From: Lama glama
Taxonomy: Eukaryota
Length of the DNA: 64,000 bases
Direction: 5' to 3'
Assembly (NCBI GenBank): GCA_028534125.1
Contig: CM052816.1
Coordinates: forward strand, 67,830,001-67,894,000
The position numbers and the translations under genes were made by a program. Positions within the stretch are counted from its first letter, which is position 1. The number at the start of each line of letters is the position of its first letter. This document shows positions 36,478 to 49,290 of the stretch, piece by piece. The notes under the pieces were generated by a model. It was not told the DNA's origin. It ran no database searches and saw only the letters and a program-made list of their open reading frames with translations.

Positions 36478-36956
36478 GTACACCCATGTTCATAGCAGCA
36501 TTATTCACAGTAGCCAAGAGGTAGAAGCAACCCAAGTGTCCATCGACAGATGAATGGAAAAACAAAGTATGGTATATAGTCAGTCAATGGAATGTTATTC
36601 AGTCATAAAAAGGAAGGAAATTCTAGCATGCTGCAACATGGATGAACTTTGAGGATGTTATGGTATGTGAACCAAGCCAGTCACAAAAAGACAAATATTG
36701 CATAATTCCACTTATCTGAGGCATCTAAAGTGGTCAGTTATAGAAACAGAAAGTAGAATGGTGGTTGCCCAGGACCGGGGGAAGGGGAAATGGGAAGTTG
36801 TGGTTTAATGGGTACAAAGTTTCAGTTTTACAAGATGAAAAATTTCTGGAATTGGTTACACAACGATGTGAATATACTTAACACTGCTGAACTGTAGACT
36901 TAAAAGTTGTTAAGATGGTAAATTTTATGTATATTTTACCACAACAAATAAACAAA
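36478..36956 (+). mobile_element. L1MB-type 3' end (ORF2 C-terminus and 3'UTR)
   Basis: acacccatgttcatagcagcattattcacagtagccaagaggtagaagcaacccaagtgtccatcgacagatgaatgg...aagatggtaaattttatg. Confidence 0.93.
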
Positions 36957-38271
36957 TATGTAACATTCCCCAGTAACAATCAGTGTACTGAAAATAGGTC
37001 TTAAACCAAAATAACATTATTGTCGCAGATCTCTTAAAAAAAATGATTACTATGTCTCATTATGTGAAAAATTGCAGACATAGATTTTGTTTTTTCTTGA
37101 ATGTTAACTTATAACTGAGTTTATGGTGCATCTGTAGGGCCTAAAGGGGGTGATAATTGTACCCACAACATAGGGAATATAGAATGCACTTCAGACAGTT
37201 AACATAGTAATTGCACAATAAATCTTAATTATTATTATTGCTATTGCTCCCTTGAAAAATAAAATACTTAGAGAAATGCAAAAAAGGAACAATTTTCTAG
37301 TTATTATGAGAAATACATAATTTTTCCAAAATAATGACATCTAATGGTGAACAACCACCCACCAGACCTCTTTCAGCTCTAAACCCCTGCAAACCTGAGA
37401 TTATTATGCAATTATTATACCACTGACTGCATGGCATGTTTCTGAGGGACTCTGTCTTTTTCATTACCTCTCACACAGGCAGAAGGGGAGTCTTTACAAT
37501 GTCTGCACAAGGCAGTATCCCATATTGATTCTAGAGCCACTGGAGACATGAAGGTTTTTCTGGCTGGGTTTTGCCAGCGATTAGCTTTCCGTGGAGAAGG
37601 CAGTGCATTCAGCACCTGGGCTGTTCTGGTTCTTACTGGCTGGGGCACAGTGCACAGCCCAACAAGTCTGAGCAATTCACTTTTCTCGTCTGTGAACAGA
37701 CAGGGTTGGACTAGGTGAACACTGTGTCTCTTCTCACCTGTCCCTGCTCCTTCTATATTCATACTCTCAAGGGTTTTGGGGGACTGTCATCGTAGTGTCT
37801 TAAGTACACCCATAAGCTCACATAACTAGAAAGCGGTTGTTCTTAGAAAGTTTTACTTGGGTGAAGAGAGCTTATCAATTATGCATAAAGACTTGTCTGA
37901 ACTGGATTAAAAAAAAGCAAATGATAATATGAAGACCAAAACGATCTTTCTGGATAATTTAATACAGAATTATGCAACGCCTTCTGTATAGACTAGTGAG
38001 TAGAATGAGCCTTCCCAGATAAATAGCCACTTCGCACCCTGGTAAATCGTGGCATGGGGGAACTGTCCCATGGTTGTGTCTCCTCATTCCTGCAAGGGCA
38101 GTAGCTCCTTCTGGAATGTATGCGTTAATGGGCTTCATTCAGGGCTAATGAATTCAGGCTTAATTGAGTGTAAGACTGTTGAAATTTTCTGTGTGATTTA
38201 AAAGTCACTGAATAATAGATTGGGAGGGAGCCATAAGAACCTGCCTAGTTAATCACCCCACAAAGGCGGGA

Positions 38272-38670
38272 TGTTCAAGCTTAGTTTCCTCAAAAGCAAA
38301 CTCGAGAGAAGATCTCAGGTGCAAGTTGTTGATTTGGGAAATGAACGAGAGAGTGGGGAGAGAGTGGCAGGAAGGAGAAAAAGCTAACACAAGGGTATAT
38401 CATTGTGGCTGCTACTGGTGGCACCAGGTTCCCGTTCTGAGAAGCATATGGGGTGTCTCCAGGATTGTCCTTTGGAAAGCATTTCTCCAGGATCCCGTGC
38501 CCCACTGGTTGAGGACTTCTAAGCTGGAACATGGCTGGGTGGGCTCCTGCACTTTCAGAGACCCTGAAGCAGGAAAGCAGAAAATTGGCCTGAGATTCAT
38601 GGAACTTTCTACCAAAACATGGTTTACATCAGAAGTGGGCCGAGGGGATGTGATATGGGCACCAACAAGT
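38272..38670 (-). mobile_element. LTR16-like (ERVL) solo LTR
   Basis: tttcctcaaaagcaaactcgagagaagatctcaggtgcaagttgttgatttggga...aaagctaacacaaggg...gaggggatgtgatatgggcacc. Confidence 0.65.
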
Positions 38671-38718
38671 CACCAGTCATCTTTTCTACTCTTTGTTCTT
38701 GTGGCTCAGGCAGGAAAG

Positions 38719-38960
38719 ACAGTGTGGTATAGTGGTTAAGCCTGTGTATCTGTATCAGAGGGTCTGGGTTGAATCCTGATCCCACTGAGTTTACCAGGTA
38801 TGTGTTCTTGAGCAAGGTACTTAATCTCCCTAAGCCTTTGCTTCCTCATCTGTGAAACAAGGCTACTGAACTCTTTCTCGAAACATTGTGGGGATGGATG
38901 ATATCCAGGTAGAGTACTTAGCAGCCAGGTCTGACTTTCCCAGAGCCCCACAGTAACTTA
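38719..38960 (+). mobile_element. MIR
   Basis: acagtgtggtatagtggttaag...ctgggttgaatcctg...ttgagcaaggtacttaatctccctaagcctttgcttcctcatctgtgaaa. Confidence 0.88.
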
Positions 38961-40803
38961 GAATGAGTTAATTGAAAAAAAAAAAAAACTTGGGTAAGCT
39001 TTTTTGTCAAAATCCCAAATAAGCTCAGAGTGATATGTTACTCCTGGGAGGAATTAATGATTTTATCATATGACATGGAAGTAATGCTTTTCACCCACTC
39101 ATCTAGGATGGATTTGGTGGATTCTGTAAAAGAATGAAACAGATGACCTTTTTAAAAAATAGATTTCATTCTAACCTTCCTCAGGAGTCTGCCTGTTTTC
39201 ACTGTTGATGACATTCCTTTGAGAAACTATATCCCAATAAGCCACAGGACATAAAGAGCTGTCTTGGAGGTACAGCCTCCGGCCCCTTCAGTCTCACCTC
39301 CAAAATCATTCTGTGAAGAGGTGTCTACACCTTAGGGAGATGTAGGGACGCCCCTAGCCTTTTCTATTAGATTTTTTTGGTTTTGTTCATTGCGCAATAA
39401 CCATTTTCCTGCCCTGGTGGGGGAAAGTGAATCTGGACGAGGCTGTGTCTCTATGGCCATAGACCCCTCGTAGACAAAACACAGATGTGGCCCCAGGAAG
39501 CCAGTGATTGATGTGAAAAGCCCAAATTAAATTTTGAGCCTGGAGTTTAACCATTTTTCCTACATTAGGAGTTTTCATAATGGGAATTAGATATGAGGTG
39601 TTTTATTAATTAATGACCATTTTTGCATTATGAAACTACCTTTGGTTACGAGGGGTGACTGAGGGACTAGGACCCCAAGGAGGGGAGAAGAGCTATGGCT
39701 CTGCAAAGCCTGGGGTGATGCTGCTATGTGTCTTCTTGCTGAGCTGTTCTGCAGTTCGGTATTTATACTACTTGGTGCTTTGATTTAAGATGAGGGGCTC
39801 GACAAACAGAATCACAAAATAAAAGCCAAAAGACGTGGAGAAGACCGTGAAATTCTGAGCATGCGGAATGAAACATTTGGGTGTGTTGTGCAATTTTGAT
39901 CAGTGGATATATACATTTTGATATGATAATAGCATTTATTTATAACTGTGAAATTCCTCCACTGTTGGTTATCGTGACTGAAACGTTAACCCTACCTCAA
40001 AACCTTCCCCTTCCATGAAAACAACTATTTTAATAGCACAATTTTTGACAAACCAGGTTACTTTTTAGGAATCTACATATTGCATTATAGTAGAACAAAC
40101 AGTACTCTTGAAAGCTTGGAGAGTCTAACTCCAAATTAATATGAAATTTCGATCCCTCTCTGTTCCGTTTGTTGTTCATGGTGATCCTGCCTGTGTTTAT
40201 CACCCAGGGATGAACTTTGTTACCATCATGGTATGTTAAGGTTTAGTGGTGACTTAATCTGTATTCTAGCATTGAGAATCATTGTTTTCCATAAAATGCG
40301 CACTCACTGATTTGGATGTGATTTTAGTTTCTGTTCCCTGTCTGCTTTTAAAGCAAAACTGAACGAGAAGACACTAAAGTAACACAGGTAGGGGGAGCCA
40401 TGGCTGCTACGATGAGTAGTGCTATCAGAGGATTTGTCTCTGGTGAGGATCTTGAGGTATGGAGGGGAAGGCTGCATGGAGTGAAGGTGCCACTGGGGAA
40501 GGTTTGAGCACCTACTATGAGCTCAGCACTGTGGTAGGGGATGGATAGGAATGCCCAAGAGGCCTGTCTTCCATGACTTTTGAAATCTGGGTAGGGAAAC
40601 AAACTACACGTGTTTGGGGAGTGGTTAAGCCCCTACGCAGCGTTCTGTGAAACTGAGTCCAAATGAGTGATGCACGGCTAGTGCCCTAGGAATTCAAAGA
40701 CAGGAGGCTCTCACTGTGAGCTACTGGGCCGGGGCAGCCCTGGGAGGAACGCGGAGAGTACAGTTAGGCACAGACTGGAGGACCAGAGAGCAAATTCCCT
40801 GAG

Positions 40804-40919
40804 TTTTTTTTTTTTTTGATTGTTTAAGAGGATAAATTTATTAATGTCTTAAAAATTTTTTTAATTGAAGTGTAGTTGATTTACAATGTTAGTTTCAGGT
40901 GAACAGCAAAGTAATTCAG

Positions 40920-40956
<37 letters not shown>

Positions 40957-41109
40957 TATATTTTTAGATTCTTTTCCATTATAGGATTTTACAAGAAGTT
41001 GAATAGAGTTCCCTGTGCTATATAGTAGGTCCTTGTTGTTTATCTATTTTATATATAGTAGTAGGTATCTGTTAATTACAAACTCCTAATTTATCCCTCC
41101 TCCTCCTCC
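40804..41109 (-). mobile_element. 5'-truncated cetartiodactyl L1 with probable 3' transduction; internal (TA)n at about 40920-40946
   Basis: L1 3'UTR 40863-41109, T7, a 38-nt non-L1 segment carrying AATAAA on the minus strand, T14; TSD core TCCCTGAG at 40796-40803 and 41110-41117. Confidence 0.9.
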
Positions 41110-41756
41110 TCCCTGAGAATTATTTTTAAAGAAATAACATTGTCTGGAATTTTAACTAAATGAGTTCATCCCACTGAAGGTGTACTCCAGAAGGCAAACC
41201 AAATCCTTGGGCATGGGGTCATTTCAAAGAAAAAAAAATAATCACCCCTTTTGTTTTGCTTTATCTGCTACTGGCATAATACCAGCATGACACATAGAGG
41301 ATTTTGACTTCTTCAGATGTTTTTGGTTACATTGGTCTTCTACTGATAAGGTGGGAGGGAGACTGGACATACTGCCTTTCTTCTGACAAAAGCATTTTTT
41401 CCCATGGCCAGTTCTCCATAAAATGACACTTCTTTCTTGTTTATCCATAGCTGGAAAACTCCTACTTGCATAAGGCTTCTTTGAGAATGATAGCAAGTTT
41501 ATTTGGAGGGACGTTTTTCATGGCCTAAAAATTCTATCCCTTTATTTGGATTTTCTTATGTAATATTTTTCTTTTGTTGCCTGTGTTTTTACTTGTTCTT
41601 CCCTTCTGTACTTTTGCTCTGCTTGGTAGGATTGGCTATCTTGGACTTTTGGCTCCTTATACATTTCCATTTTTAGGAGAATTATCTTGGAATTCTTCAT
41701 GTATGGGACATAACTTCAGTTTTCTACTTTTACCTTATCAAATTGAAAATTTCTGG

Positions 41757-42558
41757 TCCAATGCAAAGTGGTCCAGCCACTTTGGAAGACAGTTTGAATG
41801 GTTTCTTTAAAAGCTAAACTTGCTCTTACTATACGATTTAGCATCTGTGTTCCTTGGCATTTACTCCAAAATTTGAAAACATATGTCCAAACAAAACTCT
41901 GCATATGGATGTTTATGGCAGCTTTATTCGTAACTGCCAAAACTTAGAATCAACCAAGATGTCCTTCAGTAGGTGAATGAGCAAATAAACAGACAATAGA
42001 ATATTATTCTATGGTATGCTAAAACGAAATGAGCTATCAAGCCACAAAAAGACATGGAAGAAACTGAAATGCGTACAGCTAGGTGAAAGGAGCCAATTTG
42101 AAAAAGGCTATGTACTATATGATTCCAACTGCATAACATTCTGGAAAAGGCAAAAATATGGAGACAGTAAAAAGATGAATGGTTGTTAGGGGTTGAAGGA
42201 AGGGGAGGAGGGATAAATGGGCAGAGCACAGAGGATTTTTAGGGCAGTGAAAATGCTCTGTATGGTACTATAATGATGGATACATGCCATTACACATTTG
42301 TCTAAATCTACAGAATGTACAACATTAAGAGTGAACCCTAACATGAACCATGAGTTTTGAGTGATAATGATGCATCAGCAGAGCTTCACCAGTTGTAGCA
42401 AATGTATCACTCTGCTGGAGGATGTTGATAATGGGGAAGCTATGCATTTGTGGGGACAAGGAGCATTCAGAAATCTCTGTATCTTCCTCTCAATTTTGCC
42501 GTGAGCCTGAAACTGCTGCTGATGCAAGAAAAAAGGCTTTAAATATGAAAAAAAAAAG
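41757..42558 (+). mobile_element. L1MC1-like 3' end
   Basis: aatgcaaagtggtccagccactttggaagacagtttg...caaccaagatgtccttcagtaggtgaatg...gcagagcacagaggatttttagggcagtgaaa...ctcaattttgccgtgagcctgaaactgct. Confidence 0.92.
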
Positions 42559-42737
42559 AACCCAAGAATACCACTGACTTGGAGAAATGTAGTAAATAGA
42601 CCCCTGCATAAGATTTCAGAATCATATTATTATTCACATCTGTATGTGATGCCTTCCCTAAATGTCTCATAGAATTTCTTAACTCACAATTTGACTTTCT
42701 AAAATAGTTTAGGCTAAATGTATTCTCAGCAACTATT

Positions 42738-42842
42738 TTTTTTTAAAAAAAAACTTGGGGGAGGTAATCAAATTTATTCATTTATTTATTTTTAGAGGGG
42801 GTACTGGGGATTAAAGCTCTGCCACTTGAGCTATACCCTCCC
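42738..42842 (-). mobile_element. Vic-1-type SINE with internal deletion
   Basis: gggggaggtaat...gggggtactggggattaaa|gctctgccacttgagctataccctcccc; perfect 13-bp TSD CTCAGCAACTATT at 42725-42737 and 42843-42855. Confidence 0.92.
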
Positions 42843-43254
42843 CTCAGCAACTATTATTTTAAAAGGAAGGGGATAATAAAGATTTTTTTTAAATGCCATT
42901 ATAAAAGCAGTACATTCTGTGCAGCTCAAGGAGTAACAGTTCAGGAAGAGACCCCTGGAGTGGCAAGCCTACAACTCACACTGTCCCTTCCACTGTTTAT
43001 TGGAAGGATGCTTGAAGAGTATATATAGAAACATTTAATATTTGTAGTTAATAAACTTCATTTTGGTTTCAGATATCTACAAAATGCAAAGTATAGTAGG
43101 TTTTAGGGTATAGATTAAATATTAGATATTGTCTATATAGGACTGGCAAGCCTGGTAGACCCAAAAGAGGGTACAGGTACAAGTGGGCACGTGTATCTAT
43201 CTGTGAGTGCATGTACAGTATGTACATCTGTCCAGTGGGCTCAGAGGGGGACCT

Positions 43255-43620
43255 TGCTGGTTTTTACATTTTATATAAATGGAATAATTCTATGTTTTCC
43301 TCTGTATCTTGCCTATTTTTATACAGCATTGTGTCTGCAAGTTTCATCCATCTTGTGGCACAAACCTCTGGTTTATTAATTTGTACTGCTGTGTAGTTTC
43401 CCATTGTATGAATTCACCACAATGTATCAGTCCCTTGTACTAAGGATGGACAATTGGGTTGCTTCTGGTTTGAAGCCATTATAGACAACAGTGCTGTGAA
43501 CATTTATATATGTGCAGTCTAGGGCACATAGGTACAAATTTCTCCAGGATACACATCTAGGAGCAGAATTACTGGTCAACGTGTATGCAGGTCTCAAACT
43601 GTTTTTCAATGTGGTTATAG
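43255..43620 (-). mobile_element. L1ME-type fragment
   Basis: ttttatataaatggaataat...gtttcatccatcttgtggca...gatggacaattgggttgcttctggtttg...agtgctgtgaacatt. Confidence 0.85.
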
Positions 43621-46330
43621 TAACTCTTTTCTCTCCTAAATAAACCTGATGCCTAAGGCCAGGGAATAAAGTAGATGACGGCAGAGCTCTGGTTGAAGCA
43701 GGGATGACAGTCCCAGGGTTGGTTTCTCTGTGTTGCTCTGTTGGTGCTTTCTTGTGGGTCTAACACACCTTGCTCTCCAACATTCTATTTGCTTCTGTAT
43801 TCTCTCCGTTGCTTTGAAAGACAATAAATTCCAGTGATTTCCCATTCCAAGGGCAAGGAGAGATCCTGACCTTCTGACCCCCCCAAACAGCGTCTCTACT
43901 CAGGGTTATTCTAATTTGAAAAACCGAGATTCTACTTTTAAAATAGGAAATTCCTATTCCATAAACAACTAGAAGATTTTAAAACAATGCACAAGCTACT
44001 CCTCTTGCCATGGAGAAATGGCCGATATGTCCTTATTTTGATCCTGAATTAGCTTGACTTGGGTCTTGGTTGGAAGTAGAAAAATTATACCCAAAGGTTA
44101 TGGAAGAGAATAGCTAAAAGCAATTGGATTAAAATAATCGAGCAGGTTAAACCCAAAAGGGATGAATCAAAATATTGGAGGTGGAGGTGGAAGGAGTATA
44201 TTTGTATGGCATCTGAAGTACTTGGATGTTGACTGTCTGGTAGTCAGGAAACCATGGTGGTGGCTTAAAGTTTACAGGGAATTCATGCTGTTGGGAGCTA
44301 TTATCCCTACCAAAATGGCAGAATATCGAAATGGAGACTTTCCCCAATGCTGTCCTTTGCCAAAAACATAACACTAAAGCAGGATTGAGGCTGGAACAGT
44401 CCAGGCAGTAGACAGGCCAATGCATGTAATGCATATCATTAAAAATAGTTAGCACAAAGAAATGGTTGTTATTGTGTTTCATCCAAGTCGGACTCAGTAG
44501 CTAATTAAGTATAAGCTCCTTCTTCTTTTTCTTCTTTTTTCCATGGCCATATGCAGTTTTTGAATTCTTACAACACAAACTGTTTTAAAGAAGAAGTTAA
44601 ATACAGAATGCATTGAATTTGGTAGAGAAAGTTTAAAGGTCTGCATTTTCCCACCAAAGCTATTTAATATCAGCTGCAGAGTGGGCGTGTGTGTGTGTGG
44701 AAAGGTTGTGACCTCCCTTATTTTTACAACCATTGCCATGATTTCATAATACTGGCAGCAGTCACCCAGAGTGAAATAGACTTTATTACAGTAATTATAT
44801 GCCAGAATGTGGGTATTAAAACAGAAAAACTTTTCTACTGATAATAAATGCCAAGGGAAAAATGACTTTACCCAACAACTAGCCCTTCATCAGTGTTTTT
44901 AATATATTAATGGCCTCAATGAAGATGAAGATGTGTCCATGGGGTAGAGGTTCAGACTCCATATAGCTTTTCTGCCTCATTTGCAGAACGGTAAGTAGGG
45001 CAACTGAAGGATAGAGGCATGTTTTAGCAAGTTAAGTTTATTTTTCTCCATGGCATAAAGTCAGATATATTTTCACTTCAGCAGATACAGCTATTGTTTT
45101 TGCAGATAGATTAATTATGACCATAACTGAGTTAGTCTATTGTTTCTGGATCACTTCATTGCTTTTCCCTGGTATGTTTTGGTGGGTTTCTGAGAGCTGG
45201 GAGAAGTAATGCGGCATGAGAATTTTATCCTGAAATCTGGTAGTTTTCTGACTATTAAAAAGAAAAAACTCAAATAAGGACAATAAAAGGTCTGAATAAG
45301 TACCAGAAAGTGTAACTTTTTGAAAATTGCCATATCTGAACTATAGGCTTGTGTCTACTAAATTAAACTCTTCAAGCAGTAATTGTGGGGTTTATCAATA
45401 CATCTCTGAATGAATACATCTCTGGTCTAAATGGGGAAAGTCTACATCAGGAAAACATCTAATTCACTCTACAGTTGAATTTAGTGAAAGTTTGATTAAT
45501 CCCAAGGAATGCTAAAATTATAGTACTTTTAATCTTTGATTTCAGTGGACTCTGAAATGGGCAGTTGGACCGTTCTCCTAAGTGTCCTAACAGCTGGGAT
45601 AGAAAAAACAAAATACATGCAGAAAAGCCCAGTAGCAAAAATCAGAACACAATACAGGTTCCCAGTCTCCATAATATAAAAGTCTAAAGTTCAACTTGGA
45701 TTTTTGGCCAGTTGCTCAAACTATACACTCTATTGGAAGGTGACATCTACTCTTCTCAGAATACTGTTTACTTCTGCATTCAGTTGGTACTTAACAGATG
45801 CTTGGGGATAATACAGATGACTTTCAGTTTGGGGCTGCTCTAGCCTTCTGCTTGGCCACATGGAAGGATTTTGGTTCAGAATCTCCCAAAATGATTGTTG
45901 ACAGTGACCTGGGGCAGTGTCTCAGAGAAGGCCTGTGCTGAGAGGCATCGATCACTGACCCAGAACAGCCTTAGGTGCTTGCCACTCCCTCTGAGTTTCA
46001 TTGCTCAAAATCCAGACCAGTCCTCAGAACATGACACTGATCCCTCTTCTGTGTTTTCTCTGTTTTCTGCAGTGGGTTTGTCTTGAACAATGAGCCATTC
46101 ATAGGCACCCAGGGATCTGCCCAGGACCAGGGAGACGGCTGCAGGCCCTGCAGGCAACTGGCCATGCTCCAGTCCAGATATTCTTGGGAACGTGGTATTA
46201 TTTGAATCAAAGGGAAATAAATCTTTTGCAAATGTTAATACAAATGACTGTGGGAAGGGCTTGGTGCTAAAAGAGAAGCTGAAAATTTTGGGTGCCTACC
46301 GAGTTATTTTTTGGCAGGGAATGATTCTAG

Positions 46331-46344
46331 GTTGCTATGGGAAC
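46331..46344. promoter_or_regulatory. RFX X-box-like motif
   Basis: GTTGCTATGGGAAC versus consensus GTTGCCATGGCAAC (12/14); function unverified. Confidence 0.35.
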
Positions 46345-46680
46345 GGTGAAGACAAAATAATAGTCATATTTTTAATGGTTGCTCTTACTGTGTCATCTTC
46401 AACTGCCCTAGGTTGAAAAAACTTCTGTTAGAATCATTTTGACTACTCTTGTGTCATGTTTTGTTTCTTTTCCTCTTGTTCTGACATTTGCAAACATCTC
46501 TCTCTAAATCAGTTCATGACTCCAGCTGTACTATATTTTCTTTGAGCAGAAAGGAGCCATTGCTTTTGAAGTTTATACTATTGATTATATGCTTTCTGTG
46601 CTATAGGTTTAAATCACAATAGGGACACCCCGAGGATCTGAAATTCTGTGCACGTTTCTGATGGAATGGAGAGGGAAACT

Positions 46681-46890
46681 GCAGTGTGGGGCAAAGGCCA
46701 GCTGACCTGGTCCAAGTCCCCCCTTAGCCACATCTAGTTGTGCCACTTCATGGTGATTAGTGAACATCCCTGGACTAGGTTTCTGCATTTGTAAACTGTG
46801 GCTAATTATACCACCACTGAGGTGTTTTGTGTCCTACAGAAAATGTACATGAAGTCCTATTACAGGGATCATGAATATCTGGCAAATGTG
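46681..46890 (+). mobile_element. MIR (degenerate)
   Basis: gacctggtccaagtccc...ggactaggtttctgcatttgtaaactg. Confidence 0.55.
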
Positions 46891-47179
46891 ATGCCAATTC
46901 CTCATTCTATGTCCGTGGCAGAAATTACAACTCAAATCCTTTTCCTGAAGCTAAGAGGCAGCCTCAGACTTCCTCTCAACACAATGCTTCAGGTGGCCAC
47001 TACCAAGCCAACAGAGTTGGCATGTGAAATTTGCCAAAGGATTGATTGATTGACACTCAAAAGGAGGTAGTTCTTAATTATTACTATTCTTCTATCGTTA
47101 TTATTAACAGGAGGCTGCAGATGTGACAGAGGTAGACACAGGCAGGTACTTTTTGCTTTTCTCATTATAATTCAGCTTG

Positions 47180-48430
47180 TATCCAGAACCAGCAGCACTG
47201 GATACAGCTGATCACTCACCTAACTTGGGAATACTGGTCTCTGATCTTTGTATCTCTCTCAGTCCCTCCCTCCACCTTCTTTGCTGGTTCCTTGTCATCT
47301 TGCTGACCTTCAAACACTGGAGTCTCAAGGCCCCTCTTTTATTTTTAATCTACCTTCACTATGATCTCATTTGATCTCATGGCTTTCAATATCTTTCATA
47401 TGCTAATACCACCAATATTTTTAACTCCAGGCTGGATTTCAGCGCTAAACTCTGAGTTCAACTGCATCCTTGAGACACATCTCTAATAGGATGTATCTGT
47501 AATAGGATGTGTCTATTAGTTGGATATCTAATAGGCATCTCCAGCCTAACAAGGTTAGGGTCGAACTCCTGGTTCATAACCCTCTCCCCTGCAAACCAAA
47601 CCTACTCCTCTCATAGTCATTCTCATTTTAACAAATGGCAATTCTTTCCAAGAGTTGCTGAAGTGGAAAAGCTTGAAGTCACAGATTCTTCTCTTTTCCT
47701 CATATCCCACATCCAATCCACCAAGAATGCCTGTGGTTCTACCTCCAAGAATCTTACTACTTCTTACCCCCTCTACCACTACCATCAAAGTCCAAGCCAC
47801 CATCACCTCTCACCTGGATTATTGTAATAGCCAATAACAGGCTACAATTATTTTTCAGCACATAAGCAATGTGATTCTTTCCAGTGGAAATCAGATCATA
47901 TTACTCTTCTGTTCCACACATTCCAATGCCTTTCCCTCTCACCTTGAGTACAAGTCAGAGTCCCTCCATTGCCCTATAAGGCCCCACACAACTGGTCTCA
48001 ACTGCCTTTCAGACATCATCTCTTTCCACTGTCCCATCCCCGGCCTTCTTGCTGTTTCAAGTGTATACCACTCCCACTTTAGGCCTTTGCACTTGCTCGC
48101 TCTCTGCTGGGAAAGTACTTCCTCCAGATATACACAAAGCTTGTCTCTCATTTCTTTCATTTCCATTTATCAACAAGGCCATCTTAAATATAATACTTAA
48201 CAACCAACCTTCCTACCTCTTCATCTGGCACCTGCTGCCCTGCCTCCCCTGCTTCCTTTTTCTCCATGACACTCATCAACATCTAGCATATTATGGCTTT
48301 ACTTGTTTGTTTATTAGAATGTAACATCCAAGAGGGCAGGAACTTTGTTCCCTGCTCTATCTTCAGCACCTGGAAAGTTCTGGGCACTTAGTAATCAGTT
48401 TTTGCCAAACTATTAAATAAATGAAACAAA
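47180..48430 (+). mobile_element. L2a LINE, about 1.2 kb 3' portion
   Basis: tctcatggctttcaatatc...ttggatatctaataggcatctc...cccacatccaatcca...gtccaagccaccatcacctctcacctggattattgtaatagcc...gagggcaggaactttg. Confidence 0.9.
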
Positions 48431-48984
48431 TAGCTCTAAAGCTTGAGTCTTTCTTGATTTATTATTGGAATAGTTCTATGGACCACATAGAATTTGTATA
48501 ACTTCCTATATTTGATTAATTTTAAGCAATTTTATTATCTCAGTATATTTACTACTAAAAGCAGAAGATCAATATAGCCACTGTAACCACAAGTAAAAAT
48601 ATCTTTGTTTACTGTAGTCTTTCAGTAGCATAATTCATTGATTTGGGGAAATAGAAACAGAATGCAACATGGGAAAATGCTGAACTCTCCTAGTTGATCT
48701 CCTTGAGGCTGACCAACTTTGGGTGGTTACAAAACACAGATAGATATTTTAAATTGCTTGGATGCTACCTGGCCATGTTTGCACTGGCCTGGGCTTAACT
48801 GGTGGCTCCTGAATTTCTATAAGGGAGTGCTAGCCTAGCTAGAAAGGAGAAGTGGGTCTTCAAACCTTATTGATGTGGTTATAAGATTATGTGAAAAATA
48901 CCGTGTCCGTCTCATTGAATGAAAGAGTGGTGAAGTCTGCTGGATGGGGTTTGGGACAGGGAAGGAAGGTACCAAAACTCTCTC

Positions 48985-49290
48985 TGAGAAGCATAAACAT
49001 GTGGGATTTAGAACCAAGGACCTACATGACTTCAAGGTAGTCATTTAATTTCTTTGGGCCTCAGTTTCCTCATCAATGAAGTGAGGAACTTAGAATACAG
49101 TATTTATAAAGTTAATTCCAACCCTATCTTTGGGGGTACTATGAAAGCTTTTAGATTCGGGATCAGATATAGCTTCCGTTTAACTTGGAAATCTCTCTGA
49201 GGTTCAGCTTCTTTTTCTGTAAAGTGAAGAAGTTTGGCTAAAACAGACTCTAAGGTTTTTCTCAAGTCTAAAATCCTTTGCTTCCATTGT
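48985..49290 (+). mobile_element. MIR/MIR3 fragments
   Basis: gtcatttaatttctttgggcctcagtttcctcatcaatgaa and tctctctgaggttcagcttctttttctgtaaagtga...ctctaaggt. Confidence 0.65.

Noticed and set aside
39992..39999. let-7-like sequence (CTACCTCA / TGAGGTAG)
   Set aside because: Only an 8-mer; no precursor hairpin and no evidence of a 3'UTR.
44987..44990. 4-nt microexon (TTTGCAG|AACG|GTAAGT)
   Set aside because: Frame-shifting length and no host gene in view; such motif pairs arise by chance in 64 kb.
47178..47207. 9-bp inverted repeat TGTATCCAG / CTGGATACA
   Set aside because: Isolated short stem at the edge of an L2 relic, expected by chance.
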